A program made the translations under genes and the position numbers. The notes below the pieces were generated by a model. The model worked only from the letters and a program-made list of their open reading frames with translations. It did not search any database and had not been told where the DNA came from. 64,000 bases of DNA from Diadema antillarum. Its lineage: Eukaryota. The stretch lies in NCBI RefSeq assembly GCF_040938485.1, contig NW_027272472.1:558001-622000 (forward strand), written 5' to 3'. Below are positions 33,551-46,400 of this stretch, one piece after another. The first letter of the stretch is position 1. Each line of letters starts with the position of its first letter.

Positions 33551-33700
33551 CCTTTCTAATGCAGTCTTCAGTTGAAGAGTGCAGCACACACCCAACTCTC
33601 ACAGGCTGACGTTCAGTGTTCTATCGCGAGGAATAGGGCCTAGCAACTAAAGATTAGTGAGACTTGCAGTGCTTTGGCGTTGGGCCTTTTGTCGAGTTAT
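33551..33700 (-). other. Putative non-coding first exon of paralog B (upper boundary approximate)
   Basis: Donor GG|GTAAGA at 33550; CpG-richer region; shares CTCACAG(G/T)CTGACGT with the equivalent region of C; acceptor at 31026-31027 precedes the ATG exon. Confidence 0.4.
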
Positions 33701-36539
33701 TGTTCAAATCTGTGTCATTGAAGGCCCGTAACCAGGGCAGAGTTACTCAGGCCACAAAGTAGCTCGTCAGGCGTGAGATTATGCGTCTGCACCGCTGAGG
33801 GAGCGAAGTATGACAAGGGTGTAGGAGGGTATGTACGAGGTCTCACGATCCTAATTCAACTCGCGCATTGCCTACAGGGATGAGGTAGTGTTATTTTTTA
33901 CCAAAAAAATAATTAAAAACCAGTCAAGTGGAAAATTGCCACCTTTGGTAATGTTTGACATTGCTTGAGGACAGGAGCTTCTGCAGGCTATGAAGAAGTT
34001 GAATGAATCAGGGTTCTTGTATTTTAATGAATTTTTGTTCATGTAATTTGCTATTTTTATCATTTTTGAGAGTGACTGGATGACTAGTCTAGTATGGAGG
34101 CTCTTAACTTTTTTAGAGCTGGAAAACATCCCAAAATATGTTGTTTGCTTGAAAGCAGAGAACATTTCCCTTCATCTGCTTCAATTCAAAAAAATTCTAT
34201 GATTCGATTGATTTTTTATGATTTATGGAATATGCTGCATTTAACACAGGTTTCTATGGGAGCCGGGAAAAGGAGGCCACGACCTTTCGCGAAGGGTATA
34301 GGAGGGTACGACCCTTGGGGAAGGGTGTAGGAGGGTGTATACGAAATTACAATCCATAAGTGGAAAGGGTGTAGGAGGGTGTGTGCGCCCCTTCCACGGT
34401 AAGGAGATTTGATTTGGCTTTTTTCAAATCGTGCCATCCAGTGCACATATAGGCCCTACTGAGATAAGTATATGGTGGATTATGGGGGGGGGGGGGGGGG
34501 GGGGGAGAGGATCCGTTTGAACAACAACAACAAAAACAACAACAAAAGGAAACGTGAATTCCCGAAGCTCAAATGCAATTGATGAGTGTAGCTCTTTTAG
34601 ACTTCAAAAATAGGCACAAATTCGCAAGGATCAATCTTCTTCGGAGAGGGCTACACTTGATTCCAATTCTCCAAAGAATGGAGCATCAAAAATGGAGCAT
34701 CAAAACTGTGAAATAACGTGCGATTAGAAATCAGGACTAATCCCAACTGCAACATCATTTAAACCAAGAATCAAAGTACATGATTGATTTAACTTTTCTT
34801 CATTGTTTAAGGACCTTAACTTAAATGCAAAGCAAATGCATGTTGACTTGTGTTAACTTGATTAATGATACCCTCAACATCATCATATCAAGACATTCAT
34901 TTGGCCACATACAGATTGCCGACTAATGAAATTCTAAATACGTCCCGTATATCTTATATTTTTTTAATTAAGGGTTTTGTTTCAGATTGCTTGAATACGC
35001 CCTATGAATTCCTTCCAAATCAAGATCATGTCAATGGCATAATTTGTCATCCAAAGTTTTAAACAATGCTAGAGCACTAATAATGACAGAAGAAATTGGA
35101 ATGCACCTTTTTCGTCCATCCATCCATCCATCCATTCATTCATTTTATTCATTTCATTAATTTCATTTCCTGTAAAATGCAATTACAGCGTAACATTTAC
35201 ATGCGTGGTCATACAAAGTCAGGGCAAAATTAACATAAAAAAGTATTGTAAACGGACATACAATTACATATTGTGACAAGTATGCAACTGTACCAAAACA
35301 AGGTTGCAAGAAATGGAGGGGACTGCTGAAAAGCATGCAGGGTTTGTAGCACAATCCCTTCATGAACTATAACTAATTACTGAACGAACAAAATTAAAGA
35401 AAATTGCCNNNNNNNNNNNNNNNNNNNNNNNNNNNNNNNNNNNNNNNNNNNNNNNNNNNNNNNNNNNNNNNNNNNNNNNNNNNNNNNNNNNNNNNNNNNN
35501 NNNNNNNNNNNNNNNNNNNNNNNNNNNNNNNNNNNNNNNNNNNNNNNNNNNNNNNNAAATGGATCAAAGGAAAAAAAGAATACAAGGGTCAATACCATCA
35601 TGGACCTATACAACACATGGACATTCATCACTCGTTAATTAATTCATGCACCTGTTTCTGTCAAAAGCGTCACAAAAACATTTTGAACATGCTTTCCTGC
35701 TTTAATCCAGTGTTGTCCACCGACAGCCAGCCTGGATAAAAACAAGACGGCGCTTTGAGAAATCTAAAAACTACATGCGCAGAAGCTAATAACTCTCTTA
35801 AATCAAGAAAAATGCATGTGCAGTTGTAGTGTATATCCGTGTATATTGCGAAATCATCGCTAAAGCAATTTCATTTGCGAAATGCAAGTACTTTACAAGA
35901 AAAAGCAACTAATCAAGCAGATTGACTGTGATTTGTAATCTATTTTTCCCCATTTGTCGCACATTGTTTCAGAGTAAACATGGGCAGTGACAGTAGACGA
36001 CATGCTTGTCTTGCCATTCAGGGATGTTACATGCATGGCCGCAAGTGGCCGCTTCAGTAATTACCAATTTTGTGACGCAAAATTTGTCCTTGTTTCAGGT
36101 TTGGTGCTCCCCATCATTGGTGTTTATTCAAAGGCAGTTGAGTATGAAAAGGCACCTCAGGCAAATATGACTGAAATGAGGGAAACCGGGTTCTTTTGTC
36201 AGTGATGATGCAAGATAACACAATCGTCATTGTCCAAACGTCTGAGTGTACTCATTAAGATGCACAAAATCAGGTGGCGGTGGTGAACATTGGATCAAAG
36301 AAAGACCTCCGTTCATGGTCCATTATGTGTAGTAGGTCCATGATACCATCAACGTAAGCCAAAATTAGTCTCATTGGATGTTAATATTGTTACTTTCTGT
36401 ATTGTAATGGAAAACATGATCCCCGTGTATGTGTGCCTTTGTTGTTCGTGATATCATTACTATCATTACTTGGTGATGATGAGCAATAGCGTTACAATTT
36501 CATCGAGCCATTTAGTAATCACGATAATAGGTATAGCTG

Positions 36540-37430
36540 CCACAATTTGGGAGCATGAAAGTACGTTCCTATATAGCCATCGATATCTAGGCTGCGGGGA
36601 AGAAGCGGACATTTTTACTTATCGTCTGTCATGTTTTTAGAGGACTTGTCGGCTTGTGGCCAGCTTACATGTTCTGCAGAAGGCCTTAGAGGTATTCGGA
36701 TACTGTTGCAACAATCATGAATCACATGGCTTTATAAAACCCTTGGTCATGCTTAATCAAACTATCGTCTTTGCTATCTGATGAGTCTGTTTCCGACCTA
36801 TTTTGCAGAGTTCATCACTCGGGTGAAACTTATCAATATCGGAGCAAAGCTGAGGAAAATGTTGCGTGATCTATTGGTGTGTCGCGATGGCAACGACCGA
36901 ATTTAGAAATTATCAATGGCTGAAGTCACACTTAACTTCGACAAGGCTCTCTGCATTAATTGCCACCGCCATAATATATAATATTATAGGAACAGCATGG
37001 TGATATAATGTTGGGCGTGATGCTGAATGGTAGCAAATGGGCGGGACCAAACCTGCTGGGACGTGATTGGCTCAAAGTTCTGCGACTGAACTAGCAAGAG
37101 GTGCATCAAGTCAATGTAGACGACCGTTTGTAAGAAAAAGAAAATGTGCTCCCAAGTACCACCCTGGCATGTATTTACACCTGAACTCCTAATGCTCGAA
37201 AGAGTGTTTAGTTAAATTCAGGCTGTACCACGAAAGTTTGCAAAGGCCCGAAAAGTGCCACTGTTTTGTCGTGAGCCGGGTCGAGTGTGATCTGGATTGG
37301 CTGCAAGACAAAATCAGATAAGAGAACCCGTACAACACTCAAAACGGGAGGCAACGATTGCCCATCAACAAATCGGATTATGAAATCTGAAACGGACACA
37401 TTGTTTGCACTGCGGAATTGTTATTACGGA
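36540..37430 (+). mobile_element. Decayed Ty3/Gypsy gag-pol relic
   Basis: Broken frames: KKRTFLLIVC (36600) and LRDLLVC...I*KLSMAEVTLNFDKAL (36862) are gag-like; GPNLLGRDWLKVLRLN*QEVHQV (37044) is the protease end; KARKVP, RVECDLDWLQ (37277) and EPVQHS (37324) are the RT start. Stops and frameshifts throughout; no LTR found. Confidence 0.75.
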
Positions 37431-37812
37431 CTTCTATCTTTTTTAGTTACTGATGTAAATCACGCAATGGTTTAAGTGGTGCAGGATATTTCAAGTAGGA
37501 TTTCATCCAAAAACACAAAAAACGACATATAAAAAGTGCTCTAAAAACTGATAAGAATATTAATAGAAATAATGAAACAAAAACACTACTGAATGACATT
37601 TTACTTGAAGGAATTCAAATTAGAATGACATATATATGAATGATTTTCACGGTACTTCGATACGTCACTGATGTTTCACGAAAAGAACTTTATCATAAAC
37701 CAATTTTAAGACGATGAGATGCGGTGTATACATAGTGTATGCCATTGCATGAATAAAAGATGCGAATGATAGTTCACGTGCGCCTGAAGAATAGTTTTAA
37801 ATATATGAATAT

Positions 37813-37876
<64 letters not shown>

Positions 37877-38012
37877 ATACATGTATATGTGAATTCATAT
37901 ATATCATATGATACCTATAGTGACTTCGACTGTCTCTTTGAAAAGAACCGATCATAATGCCAACCCTGAAATACAACTACAGCTTCATAATCCTCATAAA
38001 CAAAAGGCGAGT

Positions 38013-38050
<38 letters not shown>

Positions 38051-38287
38051 CTCTTCTTTTAATACACAGAAATACGCATATAGTCAAAGGGAGCAAGAAC
38101 AACCCTTTCTTTTAGTATCATGGTATGTTATGCAAAATAATTATAAAAATTCTGACTTCATCATCAGGGACAGAAAACATTTTATTTGAACATTACATAC
38201 AGTACCTCAGTGTAAGAATATAACAATACAAAGTCATATTATACATCAATACATTCATATGTATATTATGTAATTGTATATATGTGA

Positions 38288-38349
<62 letters not shown>

Positions 38350-38351
38350 TA

Positions 38352-38594
38352 GTTGCTGGGGCGACAAGACCTCGTATCTACAAAATGTCAAATGTTCAGG
38401 AGAGCAAGAAAAATGGCAGCCGAAGTACTGTATCCAATGGGATAGACATTCCTTTGACATGCTGTGGTGGCTTCATTTTTGGGGTAAGACATCTAGGATT
38501 TGGACAGGACATCACTTAAGTGATTATCTGACCATTACTCCAAAAAATTCATTTTCACCAAAATTGCAGATACAAGGTCTTGTCACCCCAGCAA

Positions 38595-38595
<1 letters not shown>
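38352..38595. mobile_element. MITE inserted in a (TA)n microsatellite
   Basis: 28-bp TIR GTTGCTGGGGCGACAAGACCTCGTATCT / AGATACAAGGTCTTGTCACCCCAGCAAC (2 mismatches); long (TA)n on both sides. Confidence 0.8.
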
Positions 38596-38656
<61 letters not shown>

Positions 38657-38867
38657 CGTTCTTTGAAAAGATTCGTTAAACATATGCTTGTTGTCAAATA
38701 TCAGTGACTTAGTTTACGTATCAAGAACATGAATTATTTTGTTACTTGAAGCACCTCCATTCTATGTTATACTATGCCTTCTGTCATATTTAGGCATGCC
38801 ATGGAATGTTTTCTCTATTTTCATGTACAGATGTAAGTAACTGGTACGTACGTTGCTTCACCCAGCC

Positions 38868-38880
38868 GTTACCTGGCAAC
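38868..38880. promoter_or_regulatory. RFX X-box, intergenic
   Basis: GTTACC-T-GGCAAC fits GTNRCC(N0-3)RGYAAC exactly. Confidence 0.4.
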
Positions 38881-40406
38881 AGGGTTAATGCACCTTAAAT
38901 AGTGTTGTGTTTGTACAGTGTATTGTTGAACATTGAACTAGGAGTCTTTCTTTTTCATTCTCTCCTGTTCTTTCTCACCATCTTTCGTTATCGCTATCCC
39001 TTTCTTCTTTGTTTTTTCTTTCTTAGCATCACCTGCGTACATGACCGTGTATGTTTTGTTGTGTGAAATAATTTGTTTTTTGTTGTAGTTATGTAAGTCG
39101 ATAGCTGTTTAAACTGTTTATTTATTTCTTTGTGCATCCAATGAGGCCACAGCATTAACCCGGCTTACTGGGGATCCTCCTGTATGGTACCTTGGTTTTT
39201 TATCTTTTATTATGTCTCCGTTCTCTGTCACAATGATTTGCTTACCTTTCATGTGTAAAATCAACCATGAATTATTATGAACCATGTGTATATTTCTGAA
39301 AGTGAACATAGTTGATTATTTGTACCATGCAGAAACAGTATAATAAAACGAAATATGATTACAGTGTATATACGTTCGTATGTTGGCAAATTGAAATAAA
39401 CATGTAAATAACATCTAATGTAATATCAACAATAATTCAAAATGAAGAATACGTTGTGTAGTTTGATGGTATTTTGTAGGCCTAATTTCAACATCTAACC
39501 ATTGCAATGCGTGAATTGTTAGACTGTATTAAGTTACGTAAGATCCTCTTAAAGAATGCAATTGAGTAAGAGAGAGGAGAGAGAGAGAGAGAGACATAAT
39601 ATTGATAACATACATGCAAATATATGTGACAGGGTGCGCTAGACATTCACAAAAGCTATTCTACCTACGTTACTAGAGGTAACAAAAATATCTTTGTGAT
39701 CAAACAACTTGCAGGAAATTGATACAACGGACCATTTTGTGATGCAAATAAGATCAATCATGATGATGTTGTCTACATTTACACTGACTGATAACATGGT
39801 TTGCTGTTATCAAGATTACATACATAATCATTATCATATAATTGATATAGAATACACTGTGAGAGTTATCATGCAAAAAAAGGGCCGATTATAATCGCCA
39901 TTGACACAACTAGCTTGGACAATGTCATGTTTGTTTTGGTATTTGCTTTGTCTGCTTTTTGTTCGATATCTTTAGGAAGTTGCTTGAATAATAACGAGCC
40001 GACATCCGCCCATCCATTGTCGGACACCTTATACGTCAAACAGTAGCTTGACACGTGACTTCGTCTCCTTGGCATGTTCAGCATGTTCAGGCCACTATCT
40101 GCCATAGTCACGTGATGGTAAGAAATTTAACTCAGTAAACCTGAAACTGATTATTCCCGATGAATTCAACAGTCAAGTTATATCTGATTGTACAAAGAAA
40201 TGTTTGTTATTTACAGCTCTCAATACTGAAATCAGGCGATATCTTAGTTGAGACCGTGTTCGACAGATGCTCACTTTCCAACTGTAAAGTCCAAGTGCGA
40301 AAAACAGAAGAAACGGAAAGTTTCTTGCTGATGGTGAGGAAACATCCTCTACGGAGTCATAAGAAATTGCGAAGTGTAGAATTTTCCTCCATGCTAGGAT
40401 CCGGCT

Positions 40407-43400
40407 TTAGCTTTTGCGGTTCTTCTTCCTCTCGTAGTACGCAAATTCCTGATTTAAAAAAAAAGAGAATAATAAAATAAAGACATACAACTAAACAAAC
40501 ACATCTTAGTAATTATACAGTTTAAGAGACTGCGCAATGGAAATGAGAACTGCTTGTGACATTTGGGTGGAGGAGCGGAGGCGGATCCAATTACTCACTT
40601 AAATCGAGCTACCTGAAAGGAAATTAATCGGTAAAACCTATCTTGCTTTTGGAAAGATCTAAAAACCGTGTTTATTCTTCATATTCCCCTTTCTACTTCA
40701 GTTTCATCAGAAGTTCACAAACAAACAAAGTAAGATATTGTCGTCGGGTGATGTTCCTTATTTCGAATGTTCGTTACTCGGGAAATGAAGTAAGGTTCGT
40801 AATTCCGAAGATTGGATAGTGCGACAATGGAATAAGGTTCGTTAATCACAAAGTGAAAAAAAAAATGCCTATTAACGAGCCTTCGGAATTAAGACCTTAT
40901 TTTGTTTTCAGATCAATAAACCCTGGGAATAACGAATCTTATTTCATTGTCGGAATTACGAACTTTCGTAATTAAGAATCTTCGGAATAAGGAATTGTTT
41001 AACCAACGTCGTCATATGCACTTATTTACACAGTTACTGTCTTATATAAAGCAGACAAACCATTCAAACCATTCCATGGCAAGTATGTGAAAATGTGTCT
41101 GTGTGAGTGTGTGTATGTAAGTAGAATGTATGATGGAAAGGTCTTATCTATAGTCAGGATAGTCCCTTCAGTATTTACATATCACCTGTTCTACCAAACG
41201 CCAGAGGACTCAGTCCATTATTTCTTTCCCATGATTACTAGGGTTCCCATTTTTTACACTTTGCTAAATGAAAGCATTACGAGAAAAGAACTTGTCGATG
41301 TTCAGTAGCTTAGCTTTCATTAGAGGCAGTGTACAGACAAATAAAGCTCGTACAGAAGTACCATGATACTCACGATTAAAAACATGGCGGCCATCAATGT
41401 CGCCTTTGTCCTCACATCCAAATCTGTTGGGACTGCAAAGGAGAGTGAAACAAAAGATTTTATGCGTTTTTAGCAAAATTTCATCAAATCATCTCGTCCG
41501 TAGCCAGAACTGTGGTATGATCAACCGTTACCACAAAGCAATGCTCTTCAGCTTAAATTGTTTCGCTCAAATCCACAAACGAGTGAACCTTTACTAGACA
41601 GCCATGTGATCCCCTGTTGCCTCCTTCATTAATTCCGTCTCATGAAGCAAAAATAGAGAAGCTGATATCTCTTTGGACTATAGAAATGGTTAAAGTGAAG
41701 TTGGGTATTATACTCACAGGTCATGCTGAAGTTATCTGCCTTGGTATACATCTCTCGGACCCAGCCTCCCCACTGCTTGCTGATCGCACCGATATTATTC
41801 TTCAAGTCAGTCGTTTTCACCTTCAGAAAAGCGGATGTAGCATCAAGGTTGATTAAGAGATCAGATTAGTTTGTTTAAAGAAAGGAATTTGCCTAAAAAA
41901 GACACTTAACTTTAGATGAAAGCACTGTTATTTACGTAATTGTTCAGCTCAAATCCGGCGCAATCAGACCAATTCTGTCGTCATTCAAACGCCCGTTCAT
42001 CCCAGGACAGAGCTATTATGAGTACGTCACAATGGTGAAGGATCAGGCCTGAGTATGTCGTCGCGTGACATCACATCTCGTTTGATGTCAATCATTTTCA
42101 TCGTTTCTTCACCTTCTCAAATGCTTTCCAGTTAACACAATCATTTGAGAGCAACATTGTATGTCTATCAACCCATCACAAATACATCTAGGTTCACGAC
42201 AGCCATAATCAGGAAATACTCATCGTCACATCTGTGTAATATCCTTTTGAATGATTAGGAATTCAATTAACTTTCTTTGTGTTTCTGCGTGTACTGACGT
42301 GTAATTAAGGCAACCTAAGAGAGAGAGAGAGAGAGAAATGTAGCTAGAGAAAAAAAAAGGGGGGGGGAGAGAGAGAGGTGACAGATCCCAATACCTCAAA
42401 GTTCACGTCGTCGGTGCAACATATGGTCTGACACGGGCAGCAGGGTCCGCGGACTTTGAGAACTGTGTTACCCTGGTGATCGAGGATGTCCAGATGATCT
42501 TTCCACGCGCTGATACTACATCCGGGTCGGATTGAAATAAAGCATGAGATGCGATGATGCGACGAGCTTCTTATTACTTTTAAAATTGGAGAACAACACG
42601 ACTCATAGATTTAGCGCTCACCTGAGCACTTTGCCGTCATCACACTTTAACTGAGGCAAACTATTAAAAAAAAAAAAAAAAATCTTGAGATTTGGGGATT
42701 ACTGCAGACGCCTTGGGCAACAACCTTATAATTTAGGGTATTGGGAAACAACCTGAAGGGCCCTGTGGATTATCAACGTCATCTGAACAAACTATTTTAT
42801 ATTCCCTTCCTGAATCGGTGATTCCTGGCAAGATAAGTCAAAATCTAATCCCTTGTTTTCCAGAAGAAGATTAAAGAAAAAAAACAAACGAAAATTTTCT
42901 AATTGGGAGTCTATTGGGCAGCACCCCGTATAGGGACACTACCACCACTTATACAAACTACAATCTCCTCTTCCACTTGTGGTTTCTGCCAAGCTTTGTC
43001 AAATTCCAGTCGCATTTTTAAAGGAAATGAATGTCAATAAAAGCAAACAAAACAAATGAATAATGAAAATATTATGTGACAAACGTTTATGCAATACGCA
43101 CTTCCTACAACAGACGCCAGACTATGAGCGCTCACAATCAGTTACTTGAATCGGCAGGCCCCGTTTCATAAAAGATGTTAGGATGTCAACTCTTGCTGGA
43201 ATGACAACTTCCTATAGCAACAGCCAATCAGGAAGCTGCATTCATGTCGTTACCATGACAATTGACATTCCAGCAAGACTTGTTATCATATCAACTTTTT
43301 ATGAAACGGGGCCAGCTGCTGGTGAGCTGGTGAGCTGGTGAGCCACAATTGTGTCCAGGTTGACAGTATTTCTCGTTTTGTGGTAAGGCTGCTATATATA

Positions 43401-46400
43401 CTCCGTAGTAGACCAATGAGCGTGGGTCTAAGTCGAAATATCAAACTTAGGATCTTACGTCTGTCTGACTGAGCCGATCACTGTTCCTGGGGGTGATTCC
43501 ACATCGATGGTATAGGCGCAGTAATTGATACAGGCGCAGCATGGCCAACCGGCACAACACTTAAAAGGACGAACTAACCGCATCACCTCCTGGTTGCCAC
43601 AAAAGTAGAGAACATAGTAAGTTTACAGTAATGACGATAACAATAGTCGCTATATGGCAACGATTAATGATTAATGATGACGGCTGCAGTGATAGCTTTA
43701 ATGATGTTGAATGGTGATGACGAGGATGATGGCTATGATGATGATGGCGTGATGATGATGATGGTGGTGGTGGTGGTGATGGTGGTGGTGGTGATGATGT
43801 TGCTGATGGNNNNNNNNNNNNNNNNNNNNNNNNNNNNNNNNNNNNNNNNNNNNNNNNNNNNNNNNNNNNNNNNNNNNNNNNNNNNNNNNNNNNNNNNNNN
43901 NNNNNNNNNNNNNNNNNNNNNNNNNNNNNNNNNNNNNNNNNNNNNNNNNNNNNNNNNNNNNNNNNNNNNNNNNNNNNNNNNNNNNNNNNNNNNNNNNNNN
44001 NNNNNNNNNNNNNNNNNNNNNNNNNNNNNNNNNNNNNNNNNGTGGTGATGATGGCGATGGTGATGGTGATGGAGATGGTGGTGGTGGCAACGGTCATGGT
44101 NNNNNNNNNNNNNNNNNNNNNNNNNNNNNNNNNNNNNNNNNNNNNNNNNNNNNNNNNNNNNNNNNNNNNNNNNNNNNNNNNNNNNNNNNNNNNNNNNNNN
44201 NNNNNNNNNNNNNNNNNNNNNNNNNNNNNNNNNNNNNNNNNNNNNNNNNNNNNNNNNNNNNNNNNNNNNNNNNNNNNNNNNNNNNNNNNNNNNNNNNNNN
44301 NNNNNNNNNNNNNNNNNNNNNNNNNNNNNNNNNNNNNNNNNNNNNNNNNNNNNNNNNNNNNNNNNNNNNNNNNNNNNNNNNNNNNNNNNNNNNNNNNNNN
44401 NNNNNNNNNNNNNNNNNNNNNNNNNNNNNNNNNNNNNNNNNNNNNNNNNNNNNNNNNNNNNNNNNNNNNNNNNNNNNNNNNAGAATGTTGATTATGTTAA
44501 CCATGATGATGACGGAGCTCGAAACCATAGTGATAATGATGATGATAATAAAGAAAACCCGATGATGTTACATGTATTTTTTTTTACTATAGGATGACAA
44601 TGCCGATGATTAAAAATGGTGTTGGTGATGATAAAATGTACAATGACGCAAGCAGTTTTGCAGATGAGGACAACGATGATAATAGAGTTGGAAATAAAGA
44701 CTTAAAAAAGAATACCTGGATGAATGAATCAGATTGTAAATAAACCTTTATGAAATGGTTTCGATAGATATAAAGATGTAAGGAATGTTAATTTACTTTT
44801 TGTGCATATGTTTCGCAATAACAAAACTGATGTGCAGTTTTGCGGGCTCTTTCACTCTAAGTCATATCATTACCTATCTTTTGATAAACGTGCTTATACT
44901 GGAGATACCAAGTTTATGAACACTGACAATGAAAATGATGAACATTACAGAAAGATGACCATATAAAACAGATGTAATGCGATAGAATGATGTTCGACTC
45001 TATTTCTAAAAAGTGATAGTATGCATCACCATGATTTTCAACATTGTCATCATCATTCTCATTTTCATTGTTATCATATTATATCCTAGTAGAGTAAATT
45101 CAAGATTACGCAATTTTCACATCTTTGAATATTACTGCATTACTCGTGACCTGGTGCTCAAAAGAAGTGAGGCACAAATGATATTCGTTTTGATAACTCT
45201 GAGTTGTCTGAGGTATTGCAGCTTCCACATAATTAGAACATTAGGAGTAAATAAGTGTGTTTTGCCCAATATTTACTGTCGTTCCCTATCTGTATAATAC
45301 TTATATTTGACAATAGAGTAAGATTTTTAATCATTTTTTGCAAAGTGCAGAGTTGATTGAAATTTTATTCGTACAATTTGACCCCTTCGCCACTTTAATG
45401 TTTCTGTTGCAGATCCAGTGACGTGACGTGTTTGTCGACCGAGGACACGAAACCTGAAAATCCTAACATGACGAGTCCTTGATAGATATCAGTCTACAGT
45501 CTCAGCATTGTCGGTTGATGATGGCTATTGCATTGAAATTTGACAAAATAACGAACACTAGGGCGTGATTTTGGGGTATAGAGAGTATAGTAACCACTTA
45601 GGTATCTGTGTTCATGTGTGCATGGCGTGAGAGTCAAGTGCTGTATTTGAGTGCTGCGCTTGCTTGTCTGCTGAAATTACTGGTTTAAGAGAACTTTTCA
45701 TACCTGTTGGGCGAAGTCGACAAATTTGAGCGTGAATCCACGTTCTTTTCCACAGCAATTCCTATGACACGGCTCAGACTCTACAGTGAAAGAGAGGATT
45801 CAATGGTGGAAAATACAAAACACACTGACTTGGGACAACTCTTCCCCCTAACAGACTCATACTGTCATACATGTATTATTATAGCAATTTACGATCACAT
45901 TTACAACGTATATTACATCATATTTGTATATGCAGGCATATAGGGATAGGTTTTACTGCTATTAATGTGTATTCAGCAAACTTCGAGAGTTTGTTGTGTG
46001 ATTACGTCACCTCAAGGTGAGAAAGACTTCTTTCTTATATAATAAGATCTCTGTGTGTAAGGGTTATCTGTTAACATAAGCTGTGTCGAGACGTGAATGT
46101 ATTTACATATCATTGCTCATAGCTTGATCACGCCCAGTAATACCGATTACGTACAATGCAACAAGTGATGACAAACGCTATGACGTGTGAGGGTTCTTTT
46201 TTTTTCCATCTATCACTCGTTTCATCAATATCCTCCATCATGTATTTTTCTCTCTTTTTTGTATCATCTTTTCTTATTTCTCCTTTAATTCTCCATCGGT
46301 AGCTTTTCCAGATTGAGTCAACAAAATGTTGCACATTATCGTTCATTCCAGTAGCGTAATTCAGCCTACATACCACTTTTCATTATTTGTTGATCTCTCC

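Noticed and set aside
33740-33770. Minus-strand CUGACGA plus hairpin as a hammerhead
   Set aside because: Followed by CUGAG rather than GAAA.
36778-36800. CTGATGA-GTC...GAC as a further hammerhead
   Set aside because: No GAAA follows stem II; it lies within the Gypsy gag relic.
43561-44528. Poly-His/Pro/Met ORFs
   Set aside because: Trinucleotide repeat plus N runs read through by the ORF caller.
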